DNA of 64,000 nucleotides from Trichoplax sp. H2. Taxonomy: Eukaryota. Under the pieces are notes generated by a model, which saw only the letters and a list, made by a program, of their open reading frames with translations, was not told the DNA's origin and did no database searches. Positions 14,133-27,645 of the stretch are shown here, piece after piece. The stretch is from positions 1 to 64,000 of the forward strand of contig NOWV01000169.1 of assembly GCA_003344405.1 (NCBI GenBank). Direction: 5' to 3'. Both the position numbers and the translations under genes were made by a program. Numbering within the stretch: the stretch's first letter is position 1; every line of letters starts with the position of its first letter.

Positions 14133-15714
14133 TAATATTATGCATTGTTGCAATATCTGTATAAAATAGTGATTGCAAAACTGTACACATTTCTATCAAA
14201 TACTATGCAGAATTCACGATTGACTAATGTATGTTTACGCTACGATACCTACACTCGGTTCAACGTAACAGATGGCATCATATCGCTAAGTCTTACTGTA
14301 CATAAAATACTCGGCATAATTTGCTTCGTAAGCCGTTTATTTGTATCCATGATATGTATCGTACACAGTGTACGTATTTCCTACAGTATGAAGACCATCA
14401 GCCACCGATCCACTTGTATACTTAACGTAAGACTCGAAATAAATTAATAATACTGCATTTAGATAAGGAATGCTAATTTTGATAGTTCAAATATCTACGT
14501 GCAATGATCTAGTAATGTCTTAACAGATAATATCGGAATACTGTATATTAATTACAGTATTTATTAATCAATTTCTTCTATAACGTAAACGATATTGGAC
14601 TACTGTAATTGACAACAAAATCACTTACATTCTTATGCAATGTTTATATTTATGACATTATATTGAAAGAATCTGACTAATTTTATATAGTTCTAAATTA
14701 CTATGATTAATACATAATTAATTGATTATTATTCTTTATATAATTATTTATATATTAAAATGATTGCCTACAATGTGAGTATACGTACGAGATTTTGCTA
14801 TAGGTACTTATTGTTCTATAGCTAAGTTATTTAATTCCTCGAGTTAATAATTAGTAATATAAAAAGCTATATCGACAACTATTTAATAATAATTTTATTC
14901 TCATCTCTACCCGAAATAAAATTAAGTTACAAGAGTGCAAAGTGTGAGAACCGATTGAACACTTAGTTTATAAATATTAGATTGAATTAATTAAACGTCA
15001 GCTTCCTTTCACTTTTATTCCTGAACCAAGCGTTCGAAATGGCCGCATAATCTGGCAGAGCCTAGTTTTCATATCCGTTAAAATACTAGTTCTCTCGCGC
15101 ACATCTTAACTCGCATGCTTTGGAATGCCTATAACTTGCTGGTATTACCCACTAATTAACATTAAGGTGATGAAATGATTCGTCTTTCTTTTCTATCGTA
15201 TTATTCGATCGGAGTCGAATGACAATCAGAATATTTAGCTGAAACCGTCCTAAGAACTTTATGTAAGGTGGTGGGGGACTACCGCACAGTGCAATGTAAT
15301 CAGATGTGATAATGACTGTAATAGATCTTGAGGTTGACCCGTGATACTTTTCATATAATATAGCTAGTGCTTTTCTACTACAGTAGTTAATTAACTTTAT
15401 TTATTGAGGCTTGAACTGTACGTACTGTACGTTAGCAGAATAATCAAAAGGCCGTGTAAAGCAATGCCGATGAAGTATTACTTATCTATTATACATAATT
15501 AATTATAATTAATTATATTATAATTATCAGACATGACATTACGCTACGGTTCGGACTTAGTATTATTATAACTATACTGTACACATACTGTACACTAGTG
15601 AGTGTACAGTACTGTACTTTAATCGTTATTCGCGACTTAGAGTACTGTATCTCAGAATGCAGACCGTCACAGTATGCGGTACGTCTATACTGTAGTACTG
15701 TACAGTGTACAGTA

Positions 15715-15876
15715 CTAGTCTAAACTCCTGTCGCTTTGCTGACGGTTTACGATAATGTACCCATTTATTAATATTTCGCCTTTCAGATCGCTGACTAACT
15801 GACATTATCCTCTTAGAAACACTTTTTGTTATATGATATATAGCAATCAAAATAACCGGGACAGGGAACTACAGTA
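15715..15876 (-). mobile_element. Helitron-like element, internally deleted copy
   Basis: The reverse complement matches about 40086-40190 joined directly to about 40314-40372, ending CTAG|T. Confidence 0.75.
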
Positions 15877-18274
15877 TGCACAGGGAAGAATTAAGAGTTA
15901 ATTAAAACACCACATTTAGTGACGAAAGCCGCTAATATGAATTTTACAAATAGAAAATAATGATAGGAATACCGTCACGGGATTTAGGTAACTCAAAAAA
16001 GGTGACGGCCATATTCGTCATTGGGATACGGAACTCTAAAAGATAAATTTGATAATTATAATTTACAATAAAATGATTCTTTATTTTGAACTGATTATCT
16101 TATAGAATAATACATACTGACTTATGTACTGTCTGTATTTCGAACTATCACGTTAGTCATGCAACATCTTACTACGGAAGGCCATAAGCCCCAAAAAGTA
16201 TCTAAGATATAGTAATATATATGGAATTCATTTAATATACTAGTGATTTCCGCATTACTCAATAGTGTAATAGCAGCTTGTGAACCAGAAATTAACTAAT
16301 TTCCTAAATATATATACTAACTCGAGATCTGAATATAAATTATCTTTAAGGCACTATATAAATCAATGAGCCCTACATTAGTATGAAGACTAAATATTTT
16401 ATGATTATTTGGGTTTAAAATTTTTTCGGCGAATGTAACGGAATCACTGCTAATAATGTGCCATATTAAAGCGAAAACTACAGTAATTACTTAATATAAA
16501 TTAATAAAAATATTGGTATTTACCCAAATTAACCATTAAAATATTGTAATTTTTCGTAACGACAGTATATCTACAATGATACTATGCTATGACACTAAAA
16601 AGTTCGAAATATATGATAAGAAGTGCATAATTTCGTAATTTAATCTCCCAAAATTCGTATATTGCCTATGCAAATAATTTTATATTTCGTAATAATTAAC
16701 ATTCTCGTCTAAAATATAATAAGCTACTGCAGTTATCTCGTAATTTTAATCCGTTTGTTATGATTAGATACGTAACCGATAGTTAATTATATAAATTGTG
16801 AAAAAGAGCACTTTAAACAGCAATTACTGTACATTGCTATGTATATGTCTATAATTTTCTTACTTAGAATTATTGAAATTTATTGCAATCTTCACATCAC
16901 TACAAAATTACTTACATTTCTCCTGTTCTATGTTCGTAAAAGTTTTGTTAAATGATATCTTGTCAGTGCCTCTTGATATCGTTTTGTTTAGCGTTAAAAG
17001 AATTACAGTTGACTTTGTTAATGATATTTCTATACTGCGGATTAAATTATTACATTTAGTAAATGCTAACTAGGATGAACCGTATTGATTGATTGATAAT
17101 TATATAATTATTGAACATCTATTATGCACATATTTATAAAATAGCTCTGTAGATTGATATAAATTGTGCTATCTACAGATATATTATATATATTAGGCTT
17201 ATAATTATAATGATATTGCAAGTATTACAGGTAATCTATAAAGTGGCCAGAATCTTTTATAAAAAGCCTAAGAATTAAATATATTGCCTAGATACTATTG
17301 GAGAAAATTGTTTCTCTTTGCATGTTACTAATTACAAATTTTTCTTCACGACCATGGGCTACTTGTTGAAATGTTGCTAAACCTTATGCTGCATAGAAAT
17401 ACGTCTACATATATATATTTATATATAAATCTAGAAGCTTTAAGCTATCAAACATTTTTAGCGAAAATCTTGGGGATAAATCGATTTACATGATAAGTAA
17501 GCTGTTTATCTTAATCGATTTAGGATACACTGTTAGTTAATATAAATACCATCTGCCATCTTAAGCTACAGTATAGGTTAATAGTTATCATATGTATCTG
17601 AATAGAAGCAAACATCAATTGCAAATTTTATTATTCTAATCTTTTACGTTAATTTATTTTGTAGAGTAAGTTAACAAAAGTTTATTAATTGACATGATGG
17701 AGCAAGTGTATCAGATACGGCATGATTTAAGATCGAAAGACATGTTACCATAGAATAACATAAATTCAATTTCAAGCATCGATATAGTATCGAATGCCAT
17801 AAGTGCAAGGTTAAATCAGACAAGAATCGACTATTTAATGCGGTATATTAAAAGAAAGGTCTAAAATAAGCATTTGAATTTAAAAATACTTAACATGGGT
17901 ATAAATACATAAGATATATTTTACTTTCATTACTTCGAATATAAAAGAAAATCTTATAAAGAATTACGAATTTACTAATAAATCTAAGCTATAAGTAAAC
18001 ATTATCAAATTAATTTCCTTTAAACTCGTAGTTTAGGGGTAAATCAGAAAATCAATTGCGACTAGTTTTGAAAAAGTGATAACAATACAGTAAACATATT
18101 TGAAATTATTAAATTATTTATCCTTTTAGGTGCAGATTATATATGTTTGATTACATATATAAAAAGATAAGTTGCATAATTAAATAAAACACCAAATATA
18201 ATTATGACAACCAAGTTAACAGAGCTACTATTAATTAGTGTCACACAGACACATCGCTGTTAAAGTACCATAAG

Positions 18275-18760
18275 ACTACACTGTACAGTACATCTTACAG
18301 TACAACATCTGTAGATTCTACAGTACAATGCACCGTAGAACCTACAGTATACTGTACAGTACAGTACAGTACAGTACAGTACTGTACAGTACATGAACCG
18401 ACAGGGCTACAGTACTGCACTGTACGTTACCACCACCACCACCAGTGTTCACCACCATGAGTCCATGACCACCACTCTCACTGTACCACACACACACACT
18501 GACCAGGGGGATAGGCGGTATTGAAAAGGGTACGGTATCATACAGTACAGTATTTACGTAGTCTGCATGAGTATCAAGACTACTATACTGTACTGTACGG
18601 TACTGTACCGAATACAGTACAGTGTACACTGTACAGTATTCACTGTATTTTAAGGAAAGGTACGGAATCGGAACGGAATCACTAATTAATTCAGGTAATT
18701 AATGCATGAAAGGACTAGTTACGCTCTGGTACAGTACAGTACTGTACTGTATACTGTACG
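18275..18760. repeat. CAGTA/CTGTA cluster upstream of UROS
   Basis: e.g. TACTGTACAGTACAGTACAGTACAGTACAGTACTGTACAGTAC at about 18350-18392. Confidence 0.9.
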
Positions 18761-18825
18761 GGTATTTCCAGTGGTCTGTGATTACGTGCGCGACCTGTGC
18801 TTCTTCCAGGCAGCAGTGAATCTAG

Positions 18826-21320
18826 ATGTCCAATGCAAATTCTGCTGAAATTCTTATACTGCGCGCGACAGAATGTGATAATCAACATGACAAATATTTA
18901 CAGGTCATTCATTCATGTTTACGACCAATAAAACTGATAACTGAGTTCAATATCGCTACGAAATCAGTAAAATGTGCCACATCTACTGATGCGGTACAGT
19001 ATAGCTATGCAAAATGTCTAACGTATATAGTAATTTATAATTATTATAATTATAATTAATCTGTGTACATATACAATTCTTTTTTCTATGTAGTGCTTTA
19101 AAGATGCTAAAATCAATTCGCATATCTTGCCAGCGCTGCAGTTTTGTTTTATAAACTTAGAAATCCTTAAGGACTATCTGATCAATTCAGTCCGATTTTG
19201 TGGTAAATCAATTATTTTGGATTTTATGTTGTTGATTGATAAATAATCCCTAATAATTATTATAACTGGTATACACGTATATTATAGTGAATAATCGTTT
19301 TGCAAGTAGTCAGGATTACTAGGACTATTTGAGTAGTCCCTAATATTACTGTACTTAGTCAAAGTATTACAGTAAAGTTTAGCCAGTCACAGCCTAATCT
19401 TAAATTTGATAAGTGAAATGTTGTAACATACAATATCGAATAGAATAAATTTAGTTGTACTGGTATATCGGTCATTTCAACTCAAGATGAGTAGGCTTCA
19501 TTTAACTAGCTTTTTAACGATACTGTGTTCTACTCAGTAGACATACACGCGAAATATCACGATCTAAACCCAAAAAAGTAAATTTCATTAATTCAACTGT
19601 GTTTCTTTTTAGATGATGATGGCTTTCTGATTATTTTCCTGCTTGTAGGAATTATTTTTACCAGCCAGAGAAGTTTAAGCGCTTTAGAACGCTGTGTACA
19701 GAATAATCCAACATTAAGCCATGCTTTAGTGCAAGAATGGAGCAAGCTACCAGCATTCTGCATTGGTTATGCGACTCAACAGAGAGGTCCTTTGATGTAT
19801 CTAGTTCTTTTTATTATTTCTTTGGACTGTTTAGTTGCCTAGATTGCTACTTGTCTTGACTGCTGTAATTTAGCAGATAGACAATGCATAACTGTTTAAA
19901 TAATGTGGATTACGACAGTGGATATAGAAGAAATTAACAGTTACTGTACTGTAGGACTTATATCGTATTTATCGATAAGATAATGAAATGGTGGTGTTTG
20001 TATGATATCTAAAGTAGAACACAATTACTGAATAATGCAGGGCTTAATTCTTGATTCTAAAATCAATGATATTGTATGTATTCTTTGCCCATTAATATTG
20101 GTGCGTATAACCAAGTAATTGAAACATAGAATTACTTGCCTGAATCTGATAGTAAACATACACAATATTTATTTCTCGTTTGGTCATACAGCTTCCGAAC
20201 TAGGGTTTAAGTGTGTTAGCAACTACTGTAAGAATTCTGAAAGTCTCGCCATGGTAATTACTGAATGTATGTATAAAGATAATTATAATCAAGCAGACTT
20301 GTTTACGAATATTTAAAATACGAAACGTAGCTGTTAAACGATCTATCAGATTTCAGGACAAGAGATGAAAGGAAACCATTGTTATTTCCCGGTGCAGAAA
20401 ACAGAATGCAGAATATTTCTCTGGCTTTAAAGATAAATCGTTCGTTTAATACATCTACTATACTATGACATGATTCACATCTACAATATGTAACCGTAGA
20501 CAGTAAATACTTCAATAATTATATTATTTACATATGTCTTGTACATATATGATGTCAGTAATCAGAACTCCTAATTAGCCAAAAAATAAGATAATGAAGC
20601 ACATGAACATTTACTTTACTGCTTTGCATGTCATCCTGCATTGTGGTTGTAGTAATGATGAAGAGCAGAGGAATTTATGAATATTTATTACTAGCTTCTT
20701 AAGTTCTGCAGTTAATGGTAAATCTTGCTATTTTATCGCAATAGAAATTCGTTATGTAGTTATAGACGTTTACAAGTCGGTACCTAGAAATGACTTGGAG
20801 AAGGCAATCCGGCAATTTATATCACTGCAGGTGAATTATTCATTATAATTTTTGAAATTTTTTACCGTTCACTTATGTATATAATTAATGTTTTAATAGG
20901 TTTTCAGTAGCGTAGACAATAATGTTCTAACTTATGTAACTTTTCATCGATTTCTTAATTACAATATAGGGCATCCCTAGATGTATAATATTTTTTAGTC
21001 CTTCCGTTTTTATGGCGTGTATTAATATTTTAAAGGAGATTCAGATGATTCCTCCACGATGCCATGTAAGATGTACACTATATTTTCTTTAATTTGCTGG
21101 CTTAACATTCCGTTAAGCTATTTTAGTTAGCAAACAAATTAAAATTCGCTAAATAAAAGATTATTGCGCGTATTGTACTACGAAGTTTGCCGCAATAGGA
21201 CCTACAACCGCCAAGTCAATAACTGATCACGGCTACAACGTTGACTGTCACGCTAGGGAGCCTGATCCTGAAGGTTTATTGCAAGCTATCTCTAGATTTT
21301 TACAGTCTTCCGAAAAATGA
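18826..21320 (+). CDS. UROS: Uroporphyrinogen-III synthase (heme biosynthesis), about 8 exons
   Basis: Spliced translation MSNANSAEILILRATEC...DKYLQ/CFKDAKINSHILPALQF.../GIIFTSQRSL...LPAFCIGYAT/...KPLLFPGAENR.../...GIPRCIIFFSPS.../FAAIGPTTAKSITDHGYNVDCHAREPDPEGLLQAISRF*. Carries the HEM4/UROS motifs GxIFTS, LLFP, FFSPS and AIGPTT. Stop TGA at 21318-21320. Confidence 0.92.
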
Positions 21321-24271
21321 TTCTCCATGGATGTTACTAAGTGGTTAAAGCGATTAAAATTCTAGCATTCAACAATAAAAGATTTATTTAATATGTAGAA
21401 ATTGCTTGAGCATCCTTAAACTAAATTTATTGCAACAACTAACTACAGTATCTTTATCGTGTATTAGCTGATTTTGCAAAAAGTGAATAGCGGCATAGTT
21501 TGTTAAACCTATACATGGTTCATATATAGTATAATTAATTATCCAAAATTTACCGGAGAGAAGTTAAAAATTAGCCTTTTTGCTTTAAGATGTAAATTTA
21601 ATATTGCCAAGGCAAATATGGTATTATACATATCGACTATTACCGTACGTGTCTGCGCTTAACGTGTACGAGCACGTATATTAAAGAATAAGTGCATTTA
21701 TTTACTTACTTAGGTAGGTACCCGCTCGCAGTGCGAGCGATTAGACCAATAAAATCTATGCTAAATTAATAGTTATACAAGTGTATCCGTGTACCCCCTC
21801 CTTCCTCGCAAGCGTAGCGTGCGTAAAAATTTGTAATTAATTATAATTACCAGTAAAGTATCATGCCGCTCCCTTAACAGTGATGCTAAACGGCAGATAA
21901 TTTAAAGAACTAGCAGAACGATACGTCACCGCGTTTTATCTGTTGAAGCATATTTACAACTACGATTGCAAATAATTACACAACTGTGTCATTAAAAAAG
22001 CAGTATACGTACGAGTATATACTCATATATTTGTCAAAACTGGTATAATCGATAACATAATCGCTAAATGTTAGATGCAAAGAAGAAAGATTTAACTGTA
22101 ATCCCTCTGCGAAACAGAAAAATGATAGATACAGAAAGTTATCATATCATCTATGCAGCTACATCAAAAAAAATCTTAGTTAAAGTAATTATTCCGTACT
22201 TAATCTATATGTCACGGCAATGTAAAAAACTCTAATATTGTATTGACCCACATATATATGGAAAAATAGTAGCCATTGAAAGTTAATCATTTGCTGTACT
22301 TCCTATACCATAATTTAGGCTACTAGATAACACTAGTTGTAGCATACATTTCTAAAACTGTTGTAAATAATGTTGTGAGAGCGACACTTCCCTAGTTTAC
22401 CCTTTCAAATGTTCGTTAACAAATGCTCCTGTAAGAATATCTCTCCTATCATTAGAATCTTCCATTATGCGATTTGCTTGCAAAATTAACAATCTATAGC
22501 CATGGCTATTCTTGATATAGTAGGTTGCACAATAAACAATATCACTGTAATTGCAAGGAATTAAACTTAATTAATGAGCAGGATTTGCTGTTATTTTATC
22601 TTGACTTATTAGATGCTGCTCTCCTGTTGAATATGCATAACTGTTATCAATTTAAGCGAATAGATCATATACACATAGTCTGTAATACTGTGCTATTCGC
22701 GGTAATTTAACATTGTCTTACTACTTATGGTTTTATTACCATTTTCTATTGGTCGACTATATCTGATTCTACTGTTAGTAACTCATTAAATCTGTCAATT
22801 TATGTTGGTATCATATGAAATTTATTATTTTGCTCCACTGCAGGTTATCATAACTTGTGAACGGCGTTACCGCATAGCAATCAATTGAGCGAGTAATGCT
22901 ACAGTATTTATGAATAAATTGTTGTGTTGATATACTAATTACGCTATCGGTGTTAGTCATTGTACATAGTTCTTAAAACTTTATTTCGAACTGTATAATT
23001 AACGCATAACTAATAAGTTATCCTGAGATAAATATGAATTACACATCCTAACCTTTTAGCAAAACCCTACTAAAATTATGTTATCTATAAAAGTACGTCC
23101 GTGGGGTAAATGTTGCTAGATATCATTTTCAACGCTTGCCGTGCGTCATTTATTGCAGTCAAAAAAACTGAAATAACGAGATAGCATGCTGTTATGTCCA
23201 ACTACCAATGCTATACATCGCAATACTTTGTAGTATAGATATTTATAATTTTTTCTTTAGCCTCTGATCCGTAGCTACATAACTTCAGTAGAAAAATCCT
23301 CGTCAAGATCAAATTTACAAAACATCCTAGTATTGTACCGAAATCGTACGACTAAAACTGATTCCTATATACTATAATTCCTAAATATAAAATTTCGCAG
23401 AGAATGTAAGACAATAACAACGTTCATCAACATAGACGTATTGAGGAATTTTATGTACAACATTATGATATAATTTTATTGTTATCGTTTAATTTTCTAT
23501 AGATAAGTCAGTGGTAGTACATTTCTATCTCAGGAACGTCTCAAGCTATAGTAATAGTGCTTCTAATAAGGAAAACAATACATGTGGTTAACTTAATAAG
23601 TTATTCAATATGTTCATACGATAACATTTATAAAAGCGATACCTTAACTGAGCTTAGAATATCATACAGTAAGCTGATTTTGTACTTTATTAGAACTACG
23701 AATAATTCACCTGACATTTAGTTTTAATTGTACAGAAAAATTTAATATTTGTGAAAGTAAAAGTCAATACTTCTGATGAGTACGTAATCCAGCGCAGCCT
23801 CAACATCCACTAAATCTAAAAACCGGATAAACAGTTGTTGGACACTTTATGAAGCTAGGCTATCTTCGATTGTTGTTTAAGTTAAAAGTTCTACATAAAA
23901 TTTTATTTCACATCTTCAATAACTCATATATTTCTATTGTAGATGACATACGCGTATACAATATTACTATTTCCTGGATTTATCCAGTCTCGCAGAACTT
24001 CGTCTCCTTGTAATAATTCCTCTAGCTTGACTACCACTAATTACGTTAGCGTTATTAATCAATCGTTGCAAACGCTTCCGACCCGTTCTTCTTTTAGTCC
24101 TTGAATCAGTGATCTTGGACTGCTTTCGTGATCTATTACCTTTAATAGCGTCAGATTGATTGCTTATACATTGATTTACGCATTCGTCGTTCTGCCTATT
24201 AGAATTTAATTTGTAAATTTTAGTATCTGCCATCTTGTTGTAAAATAATATACAGAAGTCAACCTCTATTT

Positions 24272-26843
24272 TTACCGTTGCACTGATAAATTTCTTCCAG
24301 TCTCAGATGCCGTAATGATATCGTCTTCTTCGTCGGAATTTGAGCTGCTGAGTGATGGAGATGAAATGGAGCTGATATCATCATTGAATGAAGACAAGTC
24401 ACTCGTATGAACCGAACTAATTTGCTCTGAAATACCAGAAAGAGAATTATCTGATTCTCTTTCACTACCGCTCTCTGAATTTTTAATTTCAGAATATGTA
24501 CTTTGCGCTATATACCCATCTAATCCACAATTGAATGCAGCTTTATTCCTAATGTTCATATCTACAAGTATGCCTGTTTTGTCCAATTTTGAAGTCTGCG
24601 ATAAATTTAATACCATATCTTCGGTATGAGATGTTTCTGTAACATGATTAGAATAGCCGTCCTGAACTAAATCACGTTTATCAGTTGTTACTAAAGCAGC
24701 CGTCAAGTCATGAGGTACTTTAGCCGAGCTGTGACGCTTCTCTACGATATTATTTGAAGGTGTATCATCATTAAAATAGGTATCATGCAATACTCGTATA
24801 TCCGATTTCATATCAATTCCAATCCGTGAAGTATTTTCCACAAATGACGGTATCTGTTTAGCACTTGGAATTATACTAACATTTACGTCCTTGTCCAAAG
24901 GGGTACCCTTAGTCACTTTAAACATAGTAGAGCTCTCTTTATCTAAAGAATTTTCCACAACGCAGTTCGCGTTTTCAGCAGAATTTCCCACAGGAGGCGT
25001 AATGCATTCTGAGCATGGTTTTATAGCACTCTTAAAATTCTCCACAGACCTTTGTACACCAAGTCTAAAACTATTCTCCGAAACGATGTTCTTAGTAGCT
25101 CCAGCAGTGTTTTTAACAAGAACTTTATTTTCCGTTGAAACTTTTATAGTATTCCTAATCGCTTCCGAGGAATTCCTGCTAATCATTCTAGAATCTTCTA
25201 TGGAATGTTTTAAAATCGTTTTATTGCTATCAATTTGACTTCTTGGGTTACTTTTATTACCTTCCTGAAGACTTTTTGTAGCAACTGCTACACTATTTTG
25301 ATCGCTAGCGGAGATAATACTTGATGAACTACCGTTATTAAATAATGCCGTCCTGGCAGTCTGCTCCAATTGGATCTTGCTGTACTGAGCCTGGCTTAGT
25401 AAAGTTACTTCATCATTCGCTAAATTCTTTATCGAATTTACAGGACTACAGGTTTCTTGCTCCTTTTTTTCAAGTAATTTTTTTCGCTCTTCTTCTTTAT
25501 TTATGTAATCTCTAACCACATCCTCGATCCGTGATCGAAAATTTTCTATTCTTGATCTTAAATTCAATGAAATAATGCTATCCAATGTTGCTTTGACTTT
25601 GTTCGATCTACAGTTGCCAAAATATTCAAAATAATGTTAACTACTGTATCAAACTAATGCGTCGTAGATAATCCATTTTGCTTAATTTATTTGACCATGA
25701 AAGCTTTAGCTTTTAAGCACGGTAGAACTAGATATTAGTCTAACTATAGGTACTAACAGTACATTACTTTTAATATATCGCACTATAGTTCTGACACTAC
25801 GGAAGTTTTAGCAACTCGGTTGTGGAGCTGAAGTAATAACATACTACAGCAAACATAAGATATGAGCTCTTGAATGGCAGTACCTATCCACTTGTTGTCG
25901 TAAATCGTTTCTGTGCTTGTTCTTGTTACTAGATTCAGTCCATCTTTCGTTAAGTAGCCAATCGTTGACATATTCTTGTACAAAGTGTTCCAATTGACGA
26001 TATTTATCCTGTTATGCCATAAAGTTAGATATAAAAAGTTGCTTTCACATCTTCATATTTATAACAGTTGGTAGCCATGGCTTAGCACGCTAGTAGTAGT
26101 CTCCGGGTAGTACGTAGTTATTTTTCAAATGTTAACTATTTACCTTAAACACAGTTACTACAAAGATTCGCTTTACTGTACTGTACAGTAATACGAGTAC
26201 GTTTAAACGCAACAACTAATACAGTACTAATCTATGTACTAGCGAATAAACAACAAATGAATACACTGTAGAATATTACATACTGCAACCGAATTTATCG
26301 CATGAACAAGAATAGCATATCACCTTCATAAATAGCAGCTATAAGTTCATGACAGCTATGGGATTAAATTCTGTAATTATATTATATTATTAACAATGCA
26401 CAGCGAAGATGTACCAAATATATAATACCCTATACTATACGATGTAATATTGCACGTACTGTATACTAGAGTAATAGATATGGTTGATCGAGAACTTCAC
26501 TTAACCAATACAATACTGTAATTACTCTGCATAAAGTTTTGGATTCAGACCCTTTATATTTTAATTTTATATAAAGGTAGTTGCCCCCATAACATAAATT
26601 AAGTTTTATTTTAAGATTTAAGATTTACGAAGGCGTAGAACCATAAATTTGTGCTGTGCCTTGCAAGTGTACAGTATATATATATATATATATATACTGT
26701 ATCAGTCATGTCAATTTTTACTGACTTACCATTTGAGTTATATCACCATTGCAATCCCTTCTAAACTGATCAAAAACCCCCTCAGATTTGACAAACGCTG
26801 TGATTTTAGTAACGATCGGAGTCACATCAATATTTGGTTTCAT
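24272..26843 (-). CDS. BOD1/BOD1L1 (Shg1-like COMPASS-associated) family protein with a long low-complexity C-terminal region
   Basis: Exon 26843-26730 MKPNIDVTPIVTKITAFVKSEGVFDQFRRDCNGDITQM, exon 26008-25884 DKYRQLEHFVQEYVNDWLLNERWTESSNKNKHRNDLRQQVD, and exon from 25607 RSNKVKATLDSII...FRSRIEDVVRDYI resemble the BOD1 domain (KSxGxFDxFRRDC). It continues as the 437-aa Ser/acidic-rich ORF. The 3' end is uncertain (possible extra exon 24233-23967). Confidence 0.8.
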
Positions 26844-26949
26844 GTTCGAAGGTTTAAACTTTAAAATATCAATAAATGCTCTTTAACTGTGGATACAGTG
26901 CAGTCATCGCAGTTTAACTTAAAAAACGATCTTTTTCTACGTCTACACG

Positions 26950-27540
26950 GGCATACAGTACTGTACCGGGCAAGGGCAAAGCTAGTTCGTACTGTACAAA
27001 CTGGAAAGAGAAGAGTGACAACGCTTTGTACAGTACTGTACTGTACAGTACTACAGTATGAGTACAGTACTCCTGTTCATGGTTGTACAGTATACAGTGC
27101 AGTACATGTACTGTACAGGTAAATTATTCGGTTTAGCGCTGCTCGCCATTTAGCAATACTGTACAGTACAGTACTGTATTCTCCGCATTGTCGATCTGCA
27201 TGGACTCTTCCGTACTGTCGTGAAACTCCGCTAGCCAGTGTCCTTTATCGGGTTGAGTCCTGTCAGGAATTAAGGCATTATCATTGCATTTGTATGAATG
27301 GCACATTAGGCTAACCAGGTGTTTGCTGGCTGGGTGGCCTAATTCACACAAGTGACAAGTGTGTACAGTACTGTAAAGTACTGTACTGTACTGTACTGTA
27401 CAGTGTGTATCAAAGTACTGTATTTTGTTACTTTGAAAAGCATCAACCAGTGATCTTAATAAGCAAATACTGATTAAAAGTTGTTACATTCCATGTTCAT
27501 TGTACAGTACTGTACAGTCTGTACTGCAATTATACAGTAA
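26950..27540. repeat. CAGTA/CTGTA cluster in the BOD1-like/COX15 divergent spacer
   Basis: Several mixed arrays, e.g. 27027-27120 and 27361-27405. Confidence 0.9.
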
Positions 27541-27645
27541 GTTGCAAACTCTTCGAACTCTGCAAGGACCTCGGGCAGAAAGAAAGAATCCTTCAATAAT
27601 TATAATTAATTAAAGTTGAAGAGAAAGTATAATTGTAAACTCGCA

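Noticed and set aside
16550-16750. Recurrent TTCGTAAT-like motif in AT-rich intergenic DNA
   Set aside because: Few, irregular copies; cannot be distinguished from a decayed repeat or chance.
21720-21825. GC-rich hairpin CGCTCGCAGTGCGAGCG and nearby CTCGCAAGCGTAGCGTGCG
   Set aside because: Possibly a decayed MITE, but I could not define termini or a clear second copy.
24891-25238. 115-aa + strand ORF starting MSKGV
   Set aside because: Antisense shadow of the BOD1-like long exon, starting at TTG. The resemblance to a GFP start is coincidental.
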